Shown here piece after piece: positions 1-10,716 of a stretch of DNA of 64,000 nucleotides; positions within the stretch are counted from its first letter, which is position 1, and each line of letters begins with the position of its first letter. The DNA lies in assembly GCA_012026655.1 (NCBI GenBank), contig JAAILG010000370.1, positions 1 to 64,000 of the forward strand, in the 5' to 3' direction. Below the pieces are notes generated by a model. It ran no database searches and was not told the DNA's origin. It saw nothing but the letters and a program-made list of their open reading frames with translations. The translations under genes and the position numbers were made by a program. The stretch is from Hydrolagus affinis. Taxonomy: Eukaryota.

Positions 1-109
1 GTCCGAATGCGCGCGCATGCGCAGTACGAAAAAATCGATATTTCGGTATATCTCGATATGAGCCCATCGATATATTTAATCGGGAAAATTTCCATATCGA
101 CGTTCCCTA
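1..109 (-). mobile_element. Partial CpG-rich hAT-type MITE (same family as 62073-62486), cut by the window edge
   Basis: Reverse complement begins tagggaacgtcgatatggaaattttcc...gctcatatcg...gtactgcgcatgcgcgcgcattcgg, matching 62073 onward. Confidence 0.8.
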
Positions 110-2182
110 CTTTCAAGGCAGTAATGTTTCAGAATTCAGGTGTAAAACTTCAAGATTGTGGGTTATGATGTAATTTGAACATCTTTCTTGAATCAAATGA
201 TCTATTATATGGTAGGGAACCTATTAATAAAAGTGTGCTCGGACTGTTTTATATCAATTTGAACTTTGTTTACAATTACAAATTGCTTCAAGCAGTATGG
301 CATTCTTAAGTCAATGCTGCATGATCAGTTTATTTTGTTAAAAACAGTTTATTCTGTTAAAAACTGTTTATTCTGTTACTCTGTTTCTTGTAAAATCTTG
401 CGATTTAAAATCATGATTCTTTTTCTACCACCCAGGACTCTGTGACAACATGTTTCAAACTAATAATCATCCACTGAGTAAATATCTTTTCAGTTAGCCT
501 TTGACTTCAATATACTGTAAAAGGAAACTTTGTTTTTGCTAAAGTTAATGCAGGTTCCAAAACTATTCTTTATATTTAATCTGTGATGTTATTTGCAACA
601 ATTTAGCTAAATGCATAAAGACTTCTTTGAAATGGTATTGTTTGTTCGATTTAAAACAGTTGTTATATTGTTTTCATGACAAAAAATCATTTTTCATGAC
701 TGACATTTTAGATAATTGTAACAGCTGTTTGTTTTGGTGAAAATTTGTTCCTTATACCTGGTACTTGTGAACTTTTGTCTATTGTTTGAACAGAAGTGGA
801 ATATTTGGCTTAACATAAATTTTAAAGGAAATGCTGTATTGCATTTTTAAGAGTAATATTTTAAAACACAAGATATTGCATTAGAGTAGTGTGCGCTTAA
901 TAAGACTAATGGTGCTTCCAGATGTTAGGATTTTCTTTTGCTTTGTTACTTATGGCACTATAGTACCAAGTCAGCAATCTGAGAAGAGTGATTGGGAAAT
1001 GGAGCTCATTAAAAGGACACCTGCGTCTGTTTATCGACTTAGGCAACAGTTTACAGCAAAACAAGCTCATGAAGTTTAACAGATCTGATTTTCTTGATTA
1101 ATTTATCTGGGTGTAGCACCACCATCACTGTTTTCCATCTGTTAGCATAGTCAGGGAGCCAAATGTGATTTCCCCATTATAAGTGTATCATAGCAGGTTT
1201 GGGGCATAGTTTTATGGATGGTACATGCCTCTGGTACTTCACACAACCTGTGTATTTACACGTGTGCCATGATAATGAGTGTTGTGGACTAGCTGGCTTG
1301 AGCTGCGAGGGTATCACATTTGAGGTATGTGCACATTCAGAATCCTGGCAGATTTTGTTTACCTAAAATGGAATATAATTAATAAAAATACCGTATATGA
1401 GGAGGTTAATTCAGCAAAAGCAGTGAATTAAGATTGAGATCTCTTCAGCTTGTGTGACCCAGGTACTTACTAAATATATTTGCTGATTCATTGTGGAAGC
1501 TGAAACATTTCTGTAGACTTCCACCGATAATGGACACCTCGATTATCCACCAATTTCTATCATCCATTATATTGGATATTCCAGGTTTCCATGTACTGCA
1601 CCTTAATAAATTGGTGTGGTTTGTAAATAAAGGAAATTTTCTTTTGAAAGTTACTTGTAAGAACATCCAGTAGCAATAAAGAGGGAAATTTTAATAAAAC
1701 AGCAAGGATGAGTCATGGAGTTTTCAAATGTATAAATGAAGTTTTATTTCTTTTAATAATTGTTCCATCAGGATAAACAGTTAAATTTTGTGCGAATTAC
1801 AGGCTTGTATTTTCTTTTGAACATAAAACTATATGGACCATTTCCAGTAAGGGATTTGTGCAGTAAAATGTAAAATCCTGCAGCTGATTGGTCATATTTC
1901 TTACTTAAAATCAATGGAGATTATTAATGACAATCTTAACTGGTTTAATTATTGTTTTTTCTCCATCTTAGTAGATGATTTTGTGGCAAATGAATCTTAA
2001 GAGAAAAGTGTTATCTAGTTTAGTACCTCCCAAAACATATTTATGGTCATGTATGGCACAAGCCAGCTGCAGTGCAGAGGTTATCTTGATGATGTATATT
2101 AGTAGCACTAGCACAGAGCATTTGCTGCTATCTGTTTCTCCTCATGGTCTTGTGGTGCAGGATTTCTGAATTTGAGTTAATT

Positions 2183-2872
2183 ACAACAACAACAAAATTA
2201 CTTTTATAGAGTGTTTTTCACTCTGACTTCCCAGTCAGATTGGGAACCAAGCAAGGGGGAGAGGCAGGGTAGGGGGAGGGAGAGAGTTGGGATGGCAGCA
2301 GAAGGCACAATCAAAGAGGAGGGCCTTGAGACCGGCCGTGAAGGAGGCAAGAGAGGAAACGAGGCGAAGGGACAGTGGGATGCAATTCCAGAGTGTGGGG
2401 GCAGAGAGGCTGAAAGGCCACTGATGGTAGGGCGGGTCATGCGGGACACATTGAGCAGACCAGAGCTCGCAGAATGGAGGGGGCGGGCAGGTTGATAGGG
2501 AGTCAGCAGGTCTGAGAGATAGGAGGGGCCAAGGTCATCAATGGCCTTGAAAGTGAGGACAAGGATCTTGAATTCGATTCTCTGGGGGATGGGAGGCCAA
2601 TGGAGCCGGGCAAAAGTGGGAGTGGTGTGGTTGGGGAGCTTAATGAGGGAGAGGACATGAGCTGCAGAGTTCTAGATGATCTGCAGCTTGTGAAGGGAAG
2701 GCCGACGAGGGAATTTCCATAGTCGAGCCTTTATGTGACTAATGCATGGACAAGGGTTTCGCCAGCCTAAGGGGTGAGGCATTAGCGGAGTCTGGCAATG
2801 TTATGGAGGTGGTGGAAGCCAGTGCTGGTCATGGCGCGTATGTGGGGGAGGGAGGGCAGTTCAGGGTCCAGA
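2183..2872 (-). mobile_element. L2 (LINE2) 3' fragment, diverged
   Basis: (TTG)n tail and clear similarity to 6864-7713 (ggccttgaaa..gaggacaaggatcttgaa..cgat; gaatttccatagtc). Confidence 0.85.
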
Positions 2873-3560
2873 GTTTAGGGCCCATAATTAGTGATGGGTT
2901 GTGCTGATTGGTCAAACAGACGAGGATGTTTACCTGTCAAGACTTGATTATTGTCTGTTCACGCACAAAAAAAATTCCCACTGAGGTGTCCTTGTCCATT
3001 TGATCTCCCTACTGAGCTGCTTTTGTCCATTTTATTTGTCACCGTATGTAGTGGTTATATATGCCTTGAACATTAAGCAAATAATTAGCTAAAAGTGCTA
3101 GATCAAGTCACTGATTAACTACACGGAAAGGTATTTCTAGCTTTACAAAGCTAGAAATTTATTTCTATGCAGTTAATGAGTGACTTGTTCTGGCAGTTTT
3201 TGTCATTTGTAAGATACTATTTTTTTCCTTCCTGCAGCTGAGACTGATGAAATTCACCTCCATGTGAACTATAACTACGCTGTGTTTATGTGGTTTAAAA
3301 AAAACTGGTGTATGCTGCATCAGTGATGCATTCTAATTTTGCAGTCCTTAATGTTTTATGCAGTGCTAAGGCATGATAATTTTGCAGCCCAATCTACAGT
3401 AATGGAGCCGTACATTTAGCCAAATGTTAGATATCTGAGTAAAAGTCGATCTAAAATAAAGCAATGCTGTAAACCTAACAAGTGGTTAATTTAGAAGACT
3501 GAGTAGAGCAGTGTTTCCACTGCAGTTCTCTTGAGTGATTTTTTTCAGCGATTTTGTAGA

Positions 3561-3585
3561 TGATTGATTGATTGATTGATTGATT
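3561..3585. repeat. (GATT)n microsatellite
   Basis: tgattgattgattgattgattgatt. Confidence 0.9.
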
Positions 3586-4812
3586 TCAAGTATTCTCAGT
3601 GAAGTTCATTTTTTATACGGATTGTTTGACTTCCTCAAGAATATGACACACTATTGTATTACTCCCAAGATGCCTAAGCTCATTATATTTTATGAAGTAG
3701 AATTGTTTTCCTTCCAGAATATGCTAGATAAAGCTTTTATTTGAACAATTTAATTTTCTGAATTTGTGTTTCACTGTAAACATTTGCAGATGCCAATTTT
3801 GAGGTTGAACCCTCCCCTGCCCCCTACAAAAGGCTTTGCGCAATTCATCGTGCTGTTAAAATTGTTTAATTGCACATTTTTCATTGGCTGCTTTACTGAC
3901 CTGCCTTCAAGATGCTGTATGACTTCTCTCAGGGACTTGTTGAGTTACCTTTGTAGTCATGTGCTTTGGCTTGGTAGGCTTGTTTCCATGGTAACTGCTA
4001 GTACTGTATACTTCCATCATTAGTCACTTTATAGAAATCTTCATTAGCTGATTCCCTCAGGTGAAGTGCCATTGTTGTATTCAAGTGATAATGCAGCTTG
4101 AGTATAATGTAACATTGTAAATATGTGCTTGATGATTGCGAACAGCAGTCTTTTGAGCAGAGAAAAAATATTTACTTCACTGGAATTAAATTTGGGGGGG
4201 ATATTTGGAAAGGAAGGAAATTTTATTTTTAAATTGTGTTGATTTTCAGTGTTTATTTCCATAAGATTAACAGTAGTTCTGCTTAATTTGCTTTTTTTTA
4301 AAACGGAAAACCTCAGATTTCAACCCACATTTTCTTTCATAAATGCTTATTGGATAGTATAAAAGGCTTGATTATTTTGTAGTGTAAATCTAAAGTATGT
4401 TGCAGAAGCATTAAATAACATCCAGAAATGAAATGTAATTTTTAAGGCTAATTCTGAAAATATATGAGAGCCAGGAAGATGCAGGTGTGTTGGGTAATAT
4501 TAGATTCCAACATCTGTTTGCAGCTAATAGTCTAGGGCTGGACAAACTCTAAATAGCTGCTTGGTATCTCTAACTAGAACTATACAACACATTGAAAAAT
4601 AGGATATCTGAACTTTAGGATCTATAATTTATGGACCTGTATGAGGGACAGAAGGTGAGAAATGATGACATGACTGCAGTCCATTGATCAGCTTTGCTTT
4701 TTGGACCTGATCTGCAGAGAGAGATAAGAACAAACAGAAATAAGTAACTGGTAAAAAATCAATTTTTTAAATGTTAGCAAAATCAAATAAAAAATTTGAT
4801 TTTATTAACTTA

Positions 4813-4985
4813 GTAATCCTTGCATTTGATTTGTCTTCTAGACATCTCAAAGCGCCTCACAAATATACATTAAAATGAATTGACTGCATATTTTGTGGGT
4901 AATAATAATAATCCTTGCATTTGATATCGCGCTTTTCATGTCTTCTAGATGTCATAATAGTTGTGGATTGAAGTGACCAATTTCT
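4813..4985 (-). mobile_element. Nested/tandem SINE 3' fragments
   Basis: Two successive aatccttgcatttgat...tcttctaga tails followed by ttgtggattgaagtgacc body. Confidence 0.75.
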
Positions 4986-6487
4986 TTTTTTTTTGGAGTG
5001 TTATTACCCCCAGAAAAGCAATCCATCAAATGATTAACAATCATTTTTTAACCAAATTTTAACTGTAGGTTGAGCTCATGATAAACATGAAGAAAGCTGT
5101 TTTTGAACCTGCAGCATTTCAAATTAATCAACACTATCGTGCAATAACGTTTTCTTAAAAGTGGATGAGTAATTTACAAGTCAGGACCACATTCTCAAAT
5201 GTGTCGAGTATAATTCTTGGGAAACAACATTATGAAAAGTGTTAGTTGGTGTTTACATAAAAGTAAGTATGTTTGAAGATTTGCAATCAGGTGTATTAGA
5301 TTATTTCCTTCCCTTGTACAGTACTTATAAATTACAGGATAACATTTTGAACAAGTACCACTCTGTTATAGGGGTATAGTTGTGGCAAATTATGACACTG
5401 ATGTAAATTTATTTGTTTGGACGTTGAGTTAAAGCTTAAAGTAAGACTGAATTCATTAAATTACCAACTCGTGATGGGATAATGCAAATAAGCTGTTGAC
5501 TTGATTTCAAAGAGAGTTTGAGTAACATGGTATGTGACATTGTCAGCTCCAATGAACAACCATTGGTGCATATTAATTTTTAACCATGCAAGCACTCACT
5601 GGAGAAGGTTGATGTTCATAAACCTAGGCTACACAATTGCAAGACAGGTAAGCAATTTGAAGGGACAACTACAAGAAAAATCTGAAATACTAATACGTAG
5701 TTAAGTTCTGCACAAGGAACCAAAATAAGTAATTGAAGCAAATCAAAACAGTTTATGGGTTTGCAATATTGCCTTTGAAATGGCTTCCACCATTTGTCAT
5801 TTTGTAACATCAAACCGTAGAATAAATGTTTGATTAATAGATGACCATTACATTTTAGAATTGTTTGAGCTCAAAACATATTACTTGGTGCCATCATATA
5901 TAAAATTGGATGGAATTAAATTAGGCTTAATGATTGTAATATGTGCATTATTTTGATTAATTCAGAAAGCAAGAGATATCCATATTTGTAAACTGCTTTC
6001 TAATATGAATTATATTGCCTTCTATTTTTACAGTATCTGAACTGTGAGATTGATAAAATGTCGCCCAATAATTGCTCAGCAAGGATTGTCCAGAGTGCAT
6101 ACTTGATAGGTTTTAGCCCTTCACATATTAAGATGATGTACTTATATCAGGGCACTTTTTTTCAGTTTTAAATAATTTTTCCCCTGAATAAAGATACGTC
6201 CTTATGCAAATATTCATACTTGAACTTATAATGTTGAATACTTATCTTAATTTCAAAAGTAAAACATCAAGAATTTTTGAAAAAAAATTGGGGAGTGGGG
6301 TGGGTGGGGTGGGATTGTTTAAATGGGATCCACAATCATGGCAAGGATTTCAACTTTTACAAAATGTCATTTGTAACTTAAAGCTATTAATCAGTCTTGT
6401 GTAGCTACAAACCTTCTAGGAAACTCAACATTTCTGCAATATGTGTTCTCCTTTAGATAGTTTACAAGATCTCTTTGTTTTGCAATG

Positions 6488-6714
6488 CAGGTACCCCTCC
6501 CCAACCGCGGGGGATACGTTCCTGAAAACCTCTTTGGTTGGTAAAATCGCAGTTGGAAAATACAGGGCCCTATGGGAAACATGGGGGATAGGGGGAATAT
6601 GTTTGCTTTTTCGCGGTTGGAAAATGCAAGGCCCTATGGGAAACATGGAGATAGGGGGAGTAAGTTTGCGTTTTGTAGAACTAAACACAAAAAAACACAT
6701 ACACAGTTCTAACA
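6488..6714. mobile_element. Tigger/MER2-like non-autonomous DNA transposon end, truncated by gap
   Basis: Terminus caggtacccctccccaaccgcgggggatacgttcc; internal ~64-bp tandem duplication (gttggaaaat..ggccctatgggaaacatgg..tagggga x2). Confidence 0.6.
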
Positions 6715-6814
6715 NNNNNNNNNNNNNNNNNNNNNNNNNNNNNNNNNNNNNNNNNNNNNNNNNNNNNNNNNNNNNNNNNNNNNNNNNNNNNNNNNNNNNN
6801 NNNNNNNNNNNNNN
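6715..6814. other. Assembly gap (100 N)
   Basis: Run of n. Confidence 1.
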
Positions 6815-6863
6815 AAGGTGTGGGGCGGGGGGTGGGTGACACGGAAGGTGAGGGGGGTGTGAC

Positions 6864-7713
6864 ACAACAACAACAAACAACAACAAATTAAACTTATAGA
6901 GCTCCTTTCACGTCGGGAGGACGTCCCAAGGCGCTGCACAGGAGGCATGTGACCCGAGCTGGGAGGGGAGTGTTTGGGAGGGGGTAAAAAACGTTGGGGA
7001 GGTCGAAGAATTAGGGGGGGAACAGAAGGCACGGTCAAAAAGGAAAGTCTTCAGACCGGCCTTGAAAGAGGAAAGGGAAGAAACAAGGCAGAGGGATTGG
7101 GGGATGGAATTCCATAGGGTGGGAGCAGAGAAACTGAAGGCCTGGCCTCCGATGGTGGGGCAGTTCGGGCAGGGGGCTTGGAGCAAACCAAGTCCTGCTG
7201 AACGGAGGGTCCGGGTGGGCTTATAGAGGGAGAGTAAATCAGATAAATAGGGTGGGGCAAGGCCGTGTAAGGCCTTGAAAACGAGGACAAGGATCTTGAA
7301 CTCGATCCTCCGGAGGATGGGGAGCGAGTGGAGAGGGGCGAGGGTGGAGGTTATGTGGTCACAGAGGCGTGTGCTGGATAGTACACGGGCTGCAGAGTTT
7401 TGGATGATCTGCAGCCTGTGAATGGAGGAGCTGGGGAGGCCGACGAGGAGAGAATTTCCATAGTCCAGCCGTGAGGTGATGTACGCGTGCACGAGTGTTT
7501 CGACAGCATGGGGGGTGAGATAGTTGCGGAGCCTGGCAATGTTGCGCAGGTGGAAATAAGCGGTGCCGGTCAAGGCACGGATGTGGGGGAGGAAGGAGAG
7601 TTTATGGTCGAACGTGATGCCAAGGTTGCTGACTGGCTTTGTGAGGTGGAGAGTACAGCCTTGGATGTTGAGGCTGGCAGTGCCCGATGTACGGAGCGCT
7701 GCCAGCCTCAACA
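6864..7713 (-). mobile_element. Young 5'-truncated L2 LINE (C-terminal ORF2 region, 3' UTR, (TTG)n tail)
   Basis: Uninterrupted ORF 6908..7744(-) with L2/CR1-clade motifs [70 protein letters not shown]. Confidence 0.93.
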
Positions 7714-8658
7714 CAGAGGGTGGGTGACACGGAGGGGTTGACATGGAGTGCAGAAGGTGGTGTGGTGGGTGACATGGGGATAGGACACTTACACACAGAG
7801 AGAGACACTTACACAGAGACAGAGAGTATGCAGAGAAGTGACAATAAATTCATGTTATTTACCTTAACCCTAAGAGAGAAGTGTCGTCGCTGGTTGATTG
7901 CGACATCGCACTGAGTCCTAGCGCTAAACGCTAGTGCGAAGCAACATCAAGGCTGGTTGATGCAACTAGGTCATAGCACTAAACGCTAGTGTTAGTGTTA
8001 AAACCCGTTGATAAGCAAGGGTAATAAACTGGTTTGCAAGGGTTGTCGCATTTAGCAAACGGTGGATGCGTGAGTTTCGCGGTTGTCGAGGGCATGGTTG
8101 GGGCGGGGTACCTGTTCTTTTGTTGTTTGATAACTTGTTTTGCTGACTTGAAACATTGTTTCATTGCGATATGTTTCTAGCCTCCTTTATGTCTTTATAC
8201 AGATAAACACATTTATGTCCATGTTAAGGCATCTGAAATGTATTTATTCACACACAACAATCGTGTAACTGGGTCGATTAATAATGGGATCAGTTTGGGT
8301 CGAGCCAACCAGAGTTTAGAGTGCCTTTGGACTTTGTTTCCTTTCAGGAAGCAGGAAGCAGAAGCTAACTACAGGATTCCTTAGTTGCTCAGCAAAGACA
8401 TTTTAGCAGAGTTATGTTGTACATTTGGCCAGAACAAAAAGGGTGTGCCTGCTTTGTACTTCACATAGCTGATGAAGAACGTGGTGTAGTCCTTTCAATG
8501 ATTGTACATTGCTGGCACATGCACAATGAAAGCATGGTTTATAAAGAGTACTTTGCTTCAGTGATGAATCGGGGAACTAATTACGGGAATTATTCTTTTT
8601 CACGCTTGACACCAGTGATAAGATATGCACTTGCCATTCCCTACAGGGCCAGTTTCTG

Positions 8659-8667
8659 ATATCTATC

Positions 8668-8703
<36 letters not shown>

Positions 8704-8709
8704 TACACA
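8659..8709. repeat. (TA)n(CA)n compound microsatellite
   Basis: atatctatctatatatata...acacacacac. Confidence 0.9.
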
Positions 8710-8844
8710 ATACTTGTAATTAATTACAACCTGAATAATGCACTGTCTGGACTAAAATACTACATGTCTTGGAAGGTTTATTTTAAGATTTTGTATTACC
8801 GAAAGTAGAAAACAAATGCATTGTGTTCCATTTTTGTTTTTATT

Positions 8845-9007
8845 TTGGTCATTTCAATCCATGACTTTTTGTGGGACACTGCTGTGTGCAATTTGCTGCC
8901 GCTTTTTGCCCACGAATATACAGTCATTCATTTTACAGTATGTGAAGTGCTTTGAGACATCTAGAAGATGTGAAAAGCGCTATATCAAAAATGCAAAGAT
9001 TATTATG
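8845..9007 (+). mobile_element. SINE 3' half
   Basis: ggtcatttcaatccatgac..gtgggacactgctgtgtgca..gtgaagtgctttgagacatctagaagatgtgaaaagcgctatatc tail. Confidence 0.85.
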
Positions 9008-10572
9008 TGAAAATAGCAGAAAAGTGGCTCTGTATAGTTAAGTAGGAAAATCAATATATGTATTTGAAATGTGTCATTGAAACATAATTACCACCATTGT
9101 TTGATCCCTTCACTGTATCTGGGTTTAACTCTTCTCAGATGGTCAACCAGTGTTAATAATATTTTAGCAAAAGGGTTGTAAAAATGAATGAAGGTTTTTA
9201 AATGGAGTATTTCATTTCTCAAGTTTAGTTTTTTTTTAAATGGATCAATAATCCTAGTCAAGCTAATATTAACCATGTTCTTAATAAAGTCTTTTGCATT
9301 AGTGTAGTCAAATATTATGGTTGATGACTTCATTATCATGTGATTCATTCTCTAATGTTTGAATCATGTGCTTTAAAAAGGTTTGATTGTTTCCAAAGTG
9401 GGTTGACGTAGTTTGAGGAAGTGAGTAATATGGTGTGGCTATTTTCCTTTTCTCGAATACAGTTGAGACCTATTGCAATGCACATGCTCCGTCTTTAATT
9501 ATTTGTTTGAGCTTTTCATTTGACCAGTGTGCTTTGTTCTAATGATTGATTGTTAATATTAAGATTGATCCTGGAGAAATTTGGTTAAAGACAAATTTGT
9601 ATTTTTGCCATAATTTTCAGATATTTGAGAATGATATAAGCTGTATCTATCTACAAAGTTATCAGTACTGAGTAATCAGAGTGTAAAATATGTCTAACTT
9701 TTTTTCCTTGTATTTGCAGAATTTTGCACCTTTTGAGCTGAAGAATAACTGATTTAGCCGAGCAGATTCTAATTGGTACGAAGAAAACCAGCCCATCCTG
9801 CTGACTTGGCCGAGAATGCTAATTTTGAAATATTTGATTACTTTAATGTCCTGATACATGCTGTGCTGCATAGCTTTGCTGTGGATTCAATACACCAAAT
9901 TCATAGCTGTCATCAAGAAAGCTTAATTAAAGGTGAAGCATGGTGTTTGGCAGAATACTGGACAAATAAGGAAAACATGATGCAGCATTTGATTTCACGG
10001 AGTGCCCTGGTAGACTTTGCTGTGTTGTCAAAGAAAGCTCAATTCTGTTGACATTTTAAAATGTTTGAAGATTTTGAACAGAAATCTTTGGGCGCGCTCT
10101 CATTATAACTTGTGGCTTTTAAATGTTGCCTTGCTCAAATCGGAAAGTTTACTCTGATGCTTGAGTGAAGAAAATCAGCTTCTTCTGTCACAAAAGTGGT
10201 TCTGTTGGATCTAAAGCAATGTGGATGGATTAAACACTTTAAATAACTCCTTGTACTCTCCTGGGCCGAGAGCAGTAATAAATCTTTCAAAGCCAATTGA
10301 AGCTGTCCAACAATATTCTATCTATCTTAAAAAATAAAAGTATCATAAGAGAACGTTTAACCATCTAATACGATCTGAAGTTTCGTGATGAGATTTAATG
10401 GGACAATAGTTTGGTGTCTGCCTGCTGCTCTGAGTTTTAATGGTGACTTGTGGAACAGCCTAATCTACATCAGGCATGTTTTATATCCAATGTGAGATGA
10501 TCCGCAGTTTTGGTTAAATTCCAACAAAGAAGTCAATTTTGTTTTAGAATCTTTCCAACACAATCAGTGACG

Positions 10573-10716
10573 ATGTCTTGGAGGAAGAATTATTTTACAC
10601 CGAATAGTAATGTTCAGGGTATGTTTCAGCCACGTAGTACTACTTCTATTGCTGCAAGTAAAGGACTGATGAATGAGCCTGGTCAGAACAGCTGCTTTCT
10701 CAACAGTGCATTGCAG
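10573..10716 (+). CDS. USP54: USP54 coding exon 1 (start codon, Cys box)
   Basis: [48 protein letters not shown] then gtgagt donor; in-frame TGA upstream at 10498. Confidence 0.95.

Noticed and set aside
4660-4715. C box (ATGATGA) ... D box (CTGA) suggesting a C/D snoRNA
   Set aside because: The span is only ~50 nt, with no convincing terminal stem or recognisable rRNA antisense element
6425-6886. ORFs spanning the N runs (also 57243-57553)
   Set aside because: Artefacts of translating through assembly gaps
6908-7744. 278-aa ORF as a host gene
   Set aside because: It is the C-terminal part of an L2 ORF2, 5'-truncated and lacking the RT catalytic core and a genuine start
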